DNA from: the human T2T-CHM13v2.0 reference genome, Homo sapiens
DNA: 64,000 nt
Assembly (NCBI RefSeq): GCF_009914755.1
Contig: NC_060925.1
Reading direction: 5' to 3' (one strand)
This document shows, piece after piece, positions 14,815 through 28,159 of this stretch (its first letter is position 1; every line of letters begins with the position of its first letter). Position numbers and translations under genes: made by a program. The notes beneath the pieces are model-generated. The model searched no databases and was not told the DNA's origin. It saw only the letters and a list, made by a program, of their open reading frames with translations.

Positions 14815-15364
14815 CTGCTTGGAGAAGATAAGGAGTCATGTCTTAAGGCCCCTCCTCCAGTCAGCACGGAGGAAGGGAAAAGAGTCTTCAAAACCACTGA
14901 AAAGCTAAGGGCCTGGTGGGAAGAGGGGATGTGGCATTTTAACAGGGAAATCACTAGGGCATGAAAGGCAAAGCTGGAACAACAAAAGCACACAGAAGAC
15001 ATGAACCAGAGTAGTGAGGGCAGTGGCCTGCAGAGTGAACACTGGACAAAGAAAGGACATGTCAAAGTCACCTCTGACTGATGATGAAATAATGGGGAAA
15101 ACTGACAGGTATGCAGCTCCACCTACAAACCCCACCCAGCTCAGAATGGACAGGAACAGGAGGTAATAGCTAGGACTATTCACTTCTTCCATCACCCAGT
15201 CCCCTTTGTTCCACATATACAGCTGCCTGACCATAGAAGCTCCTGACACAGAGGGAGGCAAGAAGTGTGCTTTTTTAGATGGCAGATCCTAGATGGTGTG
15301 GCTACCTCACAGCACACAGTAACTGACTGCTCTTTGGGTTAGGATGGGGGGTGGGGAGACTCAC

Positions 15365-15418
15365 CGGCTGGGGTTTCTCTACCACACAGCAGCCCAGTTT
15401 GTGCCAAAATTCACTCAT
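15365..15418 (-). CDS. CDC42SE1: CDC42SE1 first coding segment (MSEFWHKLGCCVVEKPQP); the exon begins at 15681
   Basis: aacATGa start, CCG|gtgagt donor, upstream acceptor ttctaatccag|G. The three coding exons total 79 aa. Confidence 0.93.
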
Positions 15419-16911
15419 GTTCCCTGATGGTTCCAGCTTCACTCCTCTGTCTGAGGCCCCAAAGGGCTCTTTCCCTGGTGTTTGGACAACCCACTCCTCA
15501 CTCTCCCCAGATACACCACCACCCTGGGTTCACTCAGCTGGATGGGTCCAGACAAAGTGGAATCCCTGGAACCTTTAACTGAGCAGTGAAGGTCAGTGTC
15601 TCAGAGCCTGAGAGATGAACAGGACCAGAGAGAGAGGTGGGCAGGCAGGCACAAGGTTATGTCTTCCTCAGACTCGGAACCCTGGATTAGAAGAAAGTAA
15701 AAAGAAAGATCAGTGAGAAATCTCCCCCTCCCCCAATCCTTGAGAAACCTCCTGATGAGCCTATATCTTCCCAGTCCTCCCTGAGAGGCCCTAGACCTGT
15801 ACACCAACACTCATTCCCAAACACTATGAACCTCAGTTTGACTCTAAAAAAAAGGAACAGAACCAAAAGGACACCAAGGGGTTAAGGAGCAGTGGCTGGT
15901 GGTACCAAGGGAGAGGAAGGGGGCTAGAAGCACTTAGAGTTAAGAGGATGGGCGAGGACCAAAGGATAGTGGCAGAAATTAGCAAAGTTTGGGGTGATAC
16001 AAGCTCCAGCTCCCTTCTCTCTGAGTTTAGGGCAGAAGGGGAGGGGCATTTAAGTGACTCTGAAGAGGAAATAGTGGTTTTTTGTTCTCACAAACAAGGT
16101 CTCCACCCTGTCCCTGCCTTTTTTCTTACCTTGCCCTGAACGCCTAGAGTTTCTTTAAGAACAGGAGAGCCCTGGACCACTGAGGTCCTAGGAGACTAAC
16201 TGGCAGGTTGGCCCTCAGGAAAGACTTTCTACAATAAGGAATTTCTTCCCTCTCTGTTTGCTGCCCTATTCCTCCTGATTTCCCTCCAGTGAAATCCAAT
16301 CCCTCCCAGAAGCCAGTCAGCAGTTCCTTTATTACCTGACCTTGAGATCCTTCCTGAAGGCTGTGTACATTCTGTTTATCTGTGTCCTGTATCACTGCAC
16401 TCCTGTGTGTACACCTCTGTTTGCACATGCGTGGCATGGCCATATCTCCACGTGTGTCCAGTACAGATCATCTGTGTACAGGTTGTGGGTACATGTGCCA
16501 GGTATCTTCTGTCCCATGAGGAATATTTTCCCCACCGTCCACATGTCCTATCTGCCACTCTGCTCTGCCTCACACCCTATAGGGCCCAGGCTCCCCTCCA
16601 GCTGTGACCTGTTCTCCCCTCCCTCCTCACCAATTCTATCCTCAAGCTTCATCAGTGAACCAGACATAAGGAACTTTCCAATAGTACTAGTGTCCAAGGA
16701 AGAACTTCCTCCCTTCTCACTACTGCCAGCCAGGGTAGGACACATCTGGGTTTCTTCTTAGACTCACTTGCATTTCCCCAGTCCTATAGTACAGACAACC
16801 TCAAAGATTCCAAAAAGGGCAGTTTCATAAATATGACACTTTAACATGAACAGGAATCTCCCTTTCTTGCAGGCCGGGAACCCTGATGCTTTGGCACCCT
16901 AGACTGATTTA

Positions 16912-17058
<147 letters not shown>

Positions 17059-17378
17059 TTAGCTGGGCGTGGTGGCGGATGCCTGTAATCCCAGCTACTT
17101 GGGAGGCTGAGGCAGGAGAATCGCTTGAACCGGAGATTGCAGTGAGCCGAGATCGCCACTGCACTCCAGCCTGGGCAACAAGAGCGAAACTCCGCCTCAA
17201 AAAAAACACACACAAAAAAACGAGATAGCAGGGTGTGGTAGCATGTGCCTGTCATCCCAGCTACTGGGGAGGCTGAGGCAGGAGGATCACTTGAGCCCAA
17301 GAGTTGCGGCTACAGTGAGCCATGTTTGCACCCCTGCACTCCAGCCTGGGTGACAGGACAAGACCCTGTCTCAAATAC

Positions 17379-17382
<4 letters not shown>

Positions 17383-17414
<32 letters not shown>
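17383..17414. repeat. (CA)16 microsatellite at an Alu tail in CDC42SE1 intron 1
   Basis: Directly visible. Confidence 0.9.
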
Positions 17415-17421
<7 letters not shown>

Positions 17422-18949
17422 TTTTTTTTTTTAACAGCCTTGAGATGAGATCACACAAACACTCAAATGTAGCTTCTAGGGGAGGGGAGAACCCAGGAGG
17501 CTGGGCTTTCTCTTCTCTTCTCACCACTGGAAGGGAGGAGTAACCAGAAGGAGCGGAAGCTAAAACACGCTGTCCAGAGAGGGGAGCTGTGGTCAGTGGG
17601 ACGTCAGTGAGTCAGTCATAGGGTTTGTCCTGATGGTGGTGGTGGCAGGTGGTAAGGGTTGGGGAAAAATGAAGAATTAGAGGAAACCCCCAACACCAGC
17701 AGGCAGGCTGTACTGTGACTGGACTCTCCCTCAACATCCCCCACTCTGCTCAAAGCTGAGGGACAGAGGTGGATAGTGCTGGGAGGGAAGAGAAGAGAGG
17801 GGGAGGAGAAGGAGAGAGGGAAAGGGGCAGTGGAGAGAACAAGGCCATTTCTGTTTCTTTTCCAGGGACCTGACCAGAGCTGGGTGGAGGGAAAGCGTGT
17901 GTGTGGGACTTGGCATGAAATGACCAATGATGACGAGAAGTGACCAGGAAATTCCATTCCCTAGGACATTAGGGTCTCTGAAACTTGAGGGTGGGGTCAG
18001 AGTGTGAAGAAGACAGGTCAGGGTGAATGTGATGGTAGCGCAGGGCAGTGGGGGATGGGAACAAAGCCAGAAAAGGAAGTAAGAGCCACTGGCGGCCACT
18101 CTTCTTTAAAGCAGCCAGAAGAGAGTGGGTTGAGGAAAAATGAAGTCCTGAGCTGGTCAGCCCAGGCGGAAGAGCCACCCGAATCCAACCCCACAGTGAA
18201 TAGGGAAGGGGCTGAGAAAACAACAGGAGGGATGAGGATTAGACCTCATAAGGCCACGTCCTGAGAGCCAAGTGGTGCTCAGAACTCGACCTCTCTGAGT
18301 TCCAAATGGCAAGAGTGAAATATGGAACCGGGAAAGCCACCCCCCGCCCCCACCAAGATCATACTAGGACTTGAGGGTCTCAGAGCTGTTGGGAGGTGAG
18401 CAGAAGGGATGGGAAAGAGGTGCCAGGGAGGAAGGATGTACAGGCTAGTTCTCTGGTCCTGTTCGGGCCCCAAACCGGTTCTCCCGGTCCCACCGCCTCT
18501 GGCCCTAAGGCCTCCAACCCGCGGCCTGACAAGCCCTCACATGAAGCAGCTGGAGAGAAAGAAAGAATCGAGAGAATGGCATGGGCAATTCTGGCTAGAA
18601 GCCCGGGGCAGCAGCTGGTCCCTGTGTGGAGACCCCGAGACATGGAGGGCTGCTGAGGGACTCTGGAGAAGCGGAGTGGACTCCATATTTCAGCCAAGTG
18701 ACAGGCCCAACACCAACCTTCCCTTCCCCAGGAAAGGTCTTCTGGGGGCTTAAGAGGAAAGAGGGCTAGGCCCTAAGCCTCCCCTCCCCAAATATATTCA
18801 ATCACACAGATTCCGTATCTGTCTCCCCCCACTACACAACTCTACCTAGAAGTTCTCTGCTGTTCCCAACCCTTAACCGGACTGGGACCTCTCTGGGAAT
18901 CTTTCGGACCCTCTCCCTCCCACCTCCCCCAACATTCCAGTTCCTTCTT

Positions 18950-19610
18950 TTCCTTCTACTCTTCAGCGGCCTCAGCCTGCGCACCCCAGGAGCGTGGATG
19001 ACTACGGCCACCCCGGGCGCGCACCCCTTTCCCACCACCCCAGCATCTCTGCAGCCCAGGACACCCGCCTCCCCCACACCCCGCATCCGGTGTGTCTCCG
19101 CCTGGCCCGGCCGGCGCGGCAGGCGGGCCAGGGGACCAACTGCACGGCCTCACCTGCTCTTCTCCACCATCCAGACGTTCAGCTACAGCTGGTGGGGGTG
19201 AGGGACTCTGCTCCGTGGCCGCCAGTGTGGGCTTCCCGGGCTAGCTCTGCGGCGAGGTGGGGGAGCCGAGTACGAGCCGGCAGAGGTGGGGCCGGCTGAG
19301 GGCGGAAGCGGCGGCGACGCGATTACGAAACCCGTCCGGCTCGGAGCCGGGCGCACTGCTCCCCTCTGGACTGCGGAGGCACTGCACTGCGCGGGACGTG
19401 GGAGGGTGCCTCTGCAGCCCCTCAAGGCCGCCGCCCCTGCGGGGAGAACTGGAGAATGCGGACACCTAGATGAGGCCCTGGCACCCAAGCTGGGGCCCCC
19501 GGAATCTCACGTTCCCTTTACTCGCCAGGCATTTCGGGGCAAAACGAAGCGGAGCCCCCCAAACCCCCAGACCTAACCAAGTTCAGAGATTCGCAGAAGC
19601 ACGCCCCCCA
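18950..19610. promoter_or_regulatory. CpG island / divergent promoter region for CDC42SE1 (-) and MLLT11 (+)
   Basis: High CpG and GC content, GC boxes and CGGAAG, and the two genes diverge from here. Confidence 0.8.
19154..19335 (-). other. CDC42SE1: CDC42SE1 non-coding exon 1 (TSS approximate)
   Basis: Best minus-strand donor CAG|gtgagg at 19154/19153, inside the CpG island. Confidence 0.6.
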
Positions 19611-20079
19611 CCCCAAATTTATTGTGCTCTACCCAAAATGGAATAGGACTAGGTTTATTTACCCATTGTGAGGGTAGAGAGGCGAGTCTGGAGGAGCAGG
19701 GATTGGGAGAAGGGGTGGAAAAATACTCTGATTCTTAAAAATACTTTGTAACCTAAAGTCCTTAAATTGTGGAAGAAAGGAATACTCCTCCTTTCCATTG
19801 TAGTCTAGAGTTAAGATTTCAAATCCATAAATTAGAGGACCTAAAATTAGAGGGCAATTAACTGCTCATTCATTGGGCCCCCAGTCAGCACGGGGGTGCT
19901 GGAAGAGATCGGGAATAATAGCGCAGACCAATGAGCCTAGGGAGATGCTTTCATCGTCTCTCCTTCCCTCAAGTGTTCTGGAACCTATCATTTGAATTAG
20001 CCGAGTCAGGCAGGAGGGGGCGGGGAATCCTTCCGCCCTTCTTAGGAGGGGCTGCATTGCAGGGGGAGAGTGAACTGAC

Positions 20080-20228
20080 AGACTCAGTCACTGAAGAGGG
20101 AAAAGGAGTGAGAAGACAAAGCCGTCAAAGCCCCAACAGCTTTGTATTTCTCCAGCCCGGCGCAGACCCCGGAGCTCCCGAGGCACTCCCTCCATCTTTG
20201 GAACACGCCAGTAATTGATTGATAACAG
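20080..20228 (+). other. MLLT11: MLLT11 non-coding exon 1 (5' end approximate)
   Basis: Donor AACAG|gtaaac at 20228/20229. GC box GGGGCGGGG at ~20017. Splices to gaagctATG. Confidence 0.7.
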
Positions 20229-20824
20229 GTAAACCAAACTGAGGGAGGGGGCAGGGGGCTGCAAAGATAGAAGAGCGGCTGCTTATGGTTAGATTGAAAG
20301 ACCCCACATGAGGTGGGGGACAGCTGAAGAGGAGAGAAGGGGGCGCTATGAACAATGGGTAGTTATTTCTTCACAGCATCCATGCCTTGTTACCTTATAC
20401 AGACCATTAATCTCTAACAATTTACTTGTAGTTATTTCTCAGCACCTACCTCATTTCAAGTATCCTTTTCTGTAATTTATTGTCCTGTGTATTTAATATC
20501 TTCAGTCTACTTATCTTCCTTTTCAAACCATAATTTGTTTTACCAGCTGTTTAATTTTTAGTCCTACTGTATCTCTCTGTCCTCTACTTCCCTATACTTG
20601 CAATTTTTTTCTGTAGTGTTCTATGTTTCTCTGTAGGAGGGAGTTTGGGAGGGGGTTATATGGGATAATGTTGGGTGTAATCCTGACCTTTCTTTGGATA
20701 ATCTCTTTCATTCCACCTCGAATCTTTGCTCCAAAGAAAGAGGCAGCCTAGGGTAGGAAAGGTGGGGGCCTCTGTGTTGGAGAACTGCCTGATTCCATAG
20801 TGAAATCAGTATAGCCCACAGGAG

Positions 20825-21781
20825 CTAGGTATGGGGACAGATTCTGGAAAAGAATGATTTGCAGCTCAGTGGAATTGGTGGAGGAATGCTAGTAGGAAAA
20901 TCCAAGCTCTGACTGAGGCACACATTATGAGATGTCAGAGAGGTTCTGCTCCCCTCTACCACCACCACCACCTTGTCCTTCCCCCTTCCCCATGGTGGCA
21001 GCATGACACAGCAAGGCCCTGTTGAGTAGGCCTTGGATGCCCACAAAGGGTCTGGACAAAGGATATTTGGGCGTGTCTGTGTGGCTCCGAGAGTGTATCT
21101 TTCTAATCTATACATTTGCTAATCATGTATCTCTAAGAACAGAGTGATAATTAGATATTGCCTTTGCCTAAAATACCTGGATAATTTAAAGTGAAGGATA
21201 GTGGGAAGCATTTATTGAACATATATTGTGGTACAAGGCACTGTCAAAACCCTTTAAGTAAATGATACCATTTAAGATAATGAAAGATGTAAAGATAGAT
21301 GAAGTAGGGCTGGAGAGCATTTGTGGAGGGGAAGGGGAAGCTAGCCAAAAAAGGATCTTTTGCGAAATTTGGAGTATTTGATAATTAAATCCATACTATA
21401 TTAAATCAAAAATGTCATTACTACTTACATTAGTGAATAGCATTTTAACTTCAATTTTCTGTGTAGTATTACTTTATGTTCTTGACTTGATTTTAATGCC
21501 ACGTATGTTTGCATGCATGTCTTTCTTGAATGTATTTGGTACCCTGTGTACATGTCTCTGGGTCAATGACATAGAGATTTTAGGCCTTTTGAGTTAATAT
21601 TTCATAAAATTTGCTTTAGCTTTTTAAATTGCAAGATAGCTCTACCAAACACTCAGGGACTGTTTGAGCAGTTTTTTATACATACTCTGGTTGTAAGAAA
21701 AGGAGTCAGTTTGTCGAAGAGCTTTTTTTTTTTTCTCAGATTCTAGCTTGCTCTACTGCCCTTTGCTTTTCCCCATTCAGA
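20825..21781 (+). repeat. Local duplication, copy 1 (~955 bp, no TE recognised)
   Basis: Colinear with 24216-25171, ~95% identical by eye. Confidence 0.95.
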
Positions 21782-22008
21782 TCACAATTACAGGAACAAT
21801 CACCTAAACCACGGAAAATCTATTCTTCAGCAACTAAAAATTCTTTTAAGTTTTGGGAATACTGGTATAGGGTTATATAAAGCTGTTGGCAACTATCCAT
21901 GTACAACACAAAAAGGGATCAGATTGGGAATTATGAGATCTGGATTCTATACAAACTGGCTGGAAGTCTTCCCAAGTCATTAATTTCTAAGATGTCTTCT
22001 AGTTTTAA

Positions 22009-22382
<374 letters not shown>

Positions 22383-23038
22383 TAAGCTCATTCTGGAGAA
22401 GACTTGTCAGGTAGGATAGAGAAAAGAACCCAGCTAGCTGTGAAAATAACTGGTAACAGTAAGAATCCCTGTAGCCACAAGTCCATAACAGTATTGACTC
22501 CTAGGTATGCTTCTTAGAATCTCTATAGTCCCAGATTTAAGCAGTGGGTGGTTGGTTAATGGATACAACCATTTTTTGTAGCTCTCTTTCTGCACACGTC
22601 TCTGCAAAGTACTATGGAGATTATCAGAGTTGAGTATCATAGGATGATGACCTCACCTTTCCAACATGCTCCCCGACCCTGCTGCAATCCCGGCATCACC
22701 CTCCTTCTAAGCAGCTTCTCTGCTGAGTAATGCTCAGTTCCCAGGGTTTATTTTGGAACTTAAACTAAGAAAAAGAACAACTCAGAATTCACTTTCAACA
22801 TTAAAAACATCCTAGCCTACCCACTCACCATTCCTGAAGCCCCCACACTCTCACACATCACTGTGTTCTAGATTAACACTTTCTTTTTCTGCCTTAGTAC
22901 AGTCATTTCACATTATACTGGAGCATTTTGGAACCTATTTAAGGCCATTATTTAGGAGTCTCTGGCCTGGTGAGACCCAATAGGGTGTGTTGGAGAAAGG
23001 CCTTTTGAAACTTGGGGTTCTGTTTTTGGAGGTGATAG

Positions 23039-23305
<267 letters not shown>

Positions 23306-23584
23306 TAGCCAGGATGGTCTCGATCTCCTGACCTCGTGATCCACCCGCCTCGGCCTCCCAAAGTGCTGGGATTACAGGCGTAAGCCACCACGCCCGACCA
23401 CAACTAATGCTTCTTGACCCTTGGCTAGTAAGTAGCAGGGTGGAGGCTGTAGGCAGCTCTAATAGTCCTAAAATATCAGGCAGGGCTTGGGTAGAATGAG
23501 TAGAGAAAGTGATAGATCCATTAACGCATGGAAGAGTATCTGATTCTGTTAAAATACCTTCTTCCAATCTGAACTTTACTTTAA

Positions 23585-23935
<351 letters not shown>

Positions 23936-24215
23936 TGATCTGCCTGCCTCGGCCTCCCAAAGTGCTGGGATTATAGGCGTAAGCCACTGCACCTGGCTAG
24001 GAAAGTTCTTTTAGCACCTGGGTTTTGTTCTGAAGGAGAGGTAGGCTAGAGAGAAATGGATTGTTAAGGCTTACCTGTGGGCTAATATAAGGGAATGGCA
24101 AGGTATTAATTAAATAGTGAGGGAAAGTTAATCAGCAGCCTTGAATGGCTTTGTGTACAAAGCCCACCACTTGTGTACAGAGAAAGTAGATTGGTCTTTA
24201 CCCTTGGGGAAACTC

Positions 24216-25171
24216 CTAGGTATGGGGACAGATTCTGGAAAAGAATGATTATTTGCAATTCAGTGGAACTGGTGAGGGAATGCTAATAGGAAAATCCAAG
24301 CTCTGACTGAGGCACGCATGGTGAGATGCCAGAGAGCTTCTGCTCCCCTCTACCACCACCTTGTCCTCCCCCTTTCCCCATGGTGGCAGCATGACACAGC
24401 AAGGCCCTGTTGAGTAGGCCTTGGATGCCCACAAAGGGTCTGGACAAAGGATGTTTGGGCGTGTCTGTGTGGCTCCGAGAGAGTGTATCTTTCTAATCTA
24501 CATATTTGCTAATCATGTATCTCTAAGAACAGAGTGATAATTAGATATTGCCTTTGCCTAAAATACCTGGATAATTTAAAATGAAGGATAATGGGAAGCA
24601 TTTATTGAATATATATTGTGGTACAAGGCACTGTCAACCCTTTAAGTAAATGATACCGTTTAAGATAATGATAGATGTAAAGATAGATGAAGTAGGGGTG
24701 GAGAGCATTTGTGGAGGGGAAGGGGAAGCTAGCCAAAAAAGGGGTCTTTTGCAAAATTTGGAGTATTTGATAATTAAATCCATACTATATTAAATCAAAA
24801 ATTTCATTACTATTTACATTAGTGAATAGCACTTTAACTTCAATTTTCTGTGTAGTCTTATTTTATGTTCTTGACTTGATTTTAATGCCACATATGCTTG
24901 CATGCATGTGTTTCTTGAATGTATTTGGTACCCTGTGTACATGTCTCTGGGTCAATGACATAGAGGTTTTAGGCCTTCTGAGTTAATATTTCATAACATT
25001 TGCTTTAGCTTTTTAAATTGCAAGATAGCTCTGCCAAACCCTCAGGGACTATTTGAGCAGTTTTTTATTCATACTCTGGTTTTAAGACAAGGGGTCAATT
25101 TGTCAAAGAGCTTTTTGTTTTTCTCAGATTCTAGCTTGCTCTCTACTGCCCTTTGCTTTTCCCCATTCAGA
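24216..25171 (+). repeat. Local duplication, copy 2
   Basis: Colinear with 20825-21781. Confidence 0.95.
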
Positions 25172-25811
25172 AGGCAATAAGGCCATCCCTATACATAAAA
25201 TACATTAACAGTGATCTGTAATCCCAAACTGATGGAGTTAGGTAAAACTCTACAGGGTGTTGGGGGAGATGCTGGAGGAAATAGAGTAGATGAAGCTGAG
25301 TAAAAGTTTAAGGAAGTCATCTGCAAGAGGTGAGTTTATAGTAGGATTTAGAAGGCAAGAAGGAAAATAGAAAGCAGAAAAGTCACGGAAGGTCTTTTCA
25401 CACATACCATGAGCTATTAAACCAAAGTCAGGAGGAAGTCAAGTATTTTTAAGTATAATAGGAGTTTGGGCTAGGGGAACGGGGGTTCCTCTATAGACTT
25501 GGAGTTTTTTGTTTGTTTTGTTTTGTCTTTTTGTTTTTTGAGACAGGGTCTCACTCTATTCCCCAGGCTGGAGTGCAGCGGCACAATCTCAGCCCACTGG
25601 AACCTCTGCTTCCTAGGCTCAAGTGATTCTCCCACTCAGCCTCCCAAGTAGCTGGGACTACAGGCGTGCACCACCAGGCCCAGCTAATTTTTTGTATTTT
25701 TTGTAGACGGAGTTTTGCCATGTTGCCCAGGCAGGTCTGGAACTCCTAGTCTCAAGTCATCCGCCTGCCTTAGCCTCCCAAAGTGCTGGGAATACAGGTG
25801 TGAGCCACTGA

Positions 25812-25997
<186 letters not shown>

Positions 25998-26385
25998 TAG
26001 TAGAGGCAGGGTTTCCCCATGTTGGACAGGCTGGTCTCAAACTCCTGGCCTCAAGTGATCCACCCACTCTGCCTCCCAAACTTCTGAGATCACAGGCATG
26101 AGCCACCACACCTGGCTGAAATGTGGAAAGTATTTTAAGGTGGAGAATGGAGAGAGTTAAGCAAGACAGGAATGAGCATAACTGTAACAGAGGATATACC
26201 ACTGCTGGGAAGAATGGGCTAGATTTTGGAAGGCCTTGAAAATCAGACCCAAGATCAATTTGATGCAATAGATGGTAAATAAGTCATTCCAAGATGGGAA
26301 GTTTAGAAAATAGTAGAAATTCGGCCGGGCGCGGTGGCTCACACCTGTAATCCCAGCACTTTGGGAGGCCGAAGCAGGCAGATCA

Positions 26386-26735
<350 letters not shown>

Positions 26736-26903
26736 TTACTGGTGGGATTGGAGGATATACAATTTTCTTTCTTTAATAGAAAAAAAAAAAAAAAAGAAAT
26801 TCCTTTTTACCGGTATGTGGAGTATCTAAGCAAGGAAAGGCCATGGGCCACAAAGAAGTTGCTGTAGCATGAAGACTGACAAGTGGTTTCTTTCTAGGAA
26901 GCT

Positions 26904-27176
26904 ATGAGGGACCCTGTGAGTAGCCAGTACAGTTCCTTTCTTTTCTGGAGGATGCCCATCCCAGAACTGGATCTGTCGGAGCTGGAAGGCCTGGGTCTGT
27001 CAGATACAGCCACCTACAAGGTCAAAGACAGCAGCGTTGGCAAAATGATCGGGCAAGCAACTGCAGCAGACCAGGAGAAAAACCCTGAAGGTGATGGCCT
27101 CCTTGAGTACAGCACCTTCAACTTCTGGAGAGCTCCCATTGCCAGCATCCACTCCTTCGAACTGGACTTGCTCTAA
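26904..27176 (+). CDS. MLLT11: MLLT11 / AF1q, 90 aa, single coding exon (exon starts at 26898)
   Basis: MRDPVSSQYSSFLFWRMPIPELDLSELEGLGL...ELDLL recognised. Acceptor ttctttctag|GAAGCTATG. Confidence 0.97.
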   Translation: MRDPVSSQYSSFLFWRMPIPELDLSELEGLGLSDTATYKVKDSSVGKMIGQATAADQEKNPEGDGLLEYSTFNFWRAPIASIHSFELDLL

Positions 27177-27284
27177 GGCCAAGACTTCTCTCTCCCATCA
27201 CCTTGCCCTCATTGTCTTCCCTCTCAAGCCCCTTCCTTTCCACTCCTTTCCCATTTTAATCTTGTTCTCTCCCTACTGTGTTGG

Positions 27285-27291
27285 TGGTGCT
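27285..27291 (+). promoter_or_regulatory. MLLT11: miR-29 family 7mer-m8 seed match (TGGTGCT) in the MLLT11 3'UTR
   Basis: Exact complement of the miR-29 seed AGCACCA. I recall miR-29b regulation of AF1q being reported. Confidence 0.6.
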
Positions 27292-28153
27292 GATGAATCT
27301 GCCAGAGTTGAGTTCTATGTATTTATTTATCTATCTGTCTACTCCATTTCTCTCAAAAGCCCTCAAGTCACAAAGTAAATGGTTCAAGCAATGGAGTACT
27401 GGGTCACAGGGATTCCTCCTTTCCCCCCCAAATATTAACTCCAGAAACTAGGCCTGACTGGGGACACCTGAGAGTAGTATAGTAGTGCAAAATGGAAGAC
27501 TGATTTTTGACTCTATTATAATCAGCTTCAGAGATTCCTTAAACCTTCCTAATTTCCTGCTCCAGGGCAGTAAACACAAATATTTCTTCAAGGGGTGATG
27601 AAAACCTCGGAAGTTTTAATTTGAGGTTATCTGCTACAAAACAGTATTTCTAAAAGGCTAAAGTGATAAGTCTCTTGCTTTTTTTTGATCCTGCTCTTAT
27701 ATTCTTTTTTTTCCTCAGAGAAATCAGGAGGGTAGTTAGAGGTATAAAACAGGAGGAAATATTATGGAAAATGAAAATAGGGAAAATAATTGAATCATTT
27801 TAGAAGTAGCTAATTTCTTTTCTCAAAAGAGTGTCCCTTCTTCACACCTACTCACTTTACAACTTTGCTCCTAACTGTGGGTTGAAAACTCTAGCTAAAG
27901 AAAGTTATCAAATCTTAACATGCATTCCTACTATTATGATAGTTTTTAAGGTTTCAATTCAATCTTCTGAACGGCATAAGTCCTATTTTAGCCTTACCTC
28001 CTGCATTTGCAATACGTAATACTGATCAGTGGGCACAGTTCTTCAGCTACATTGAGACCCTGAAATGAACAATTATATTCTGACTCGACATCTTGTCCCC
28101 AATCCTTCCAAAAATATTGATGGTGATTTGTGCTACCATTTACTCGTTTATTT

Positions 28154-28159
28154 AATAAA
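28154..28159 (+). terminator. MLLT11: MLLT11 polyadenylation signal AATAAA
   Basis: AATAAA in a U-rich context ~1 kb after the stop codon. Confidence 0.75.

Noticed and set aside
16342-16761. 139-aa non-Alu ORF and TGTACA/CACATG-rich stretch in CDC42SE1 intron 1
   Set aside because: TTG start, low-complexity purine-pyrimidine alternation and no recognisable domain.
18832-19576. Cluster of overlapping ORFs in the CDC42SE1 CpG island (likewise 30566-31046)
   Set aside because: Stop-poor GC-rich sequence giving Pro/Arg/Gly-rich translations.
20825-21115. Paralogous minus-strand ORFs (96 aa here, 61 aa at 24249-24434) in the duplicated unit
   Set aside because: The frame is not preserved between copies (2-bp and 4-bp indels), so the similarity just reflects the DNA duplication.
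20990-21120. Possible H/ACA snoRNA within the duplicated unit (well-conserved stretch ending ACATTT)
   Set aside because: No convincing two-hairpin fold or H box by eye, and the ACA position differs in copy 2. An Infernal/Rfam scan would be needed.
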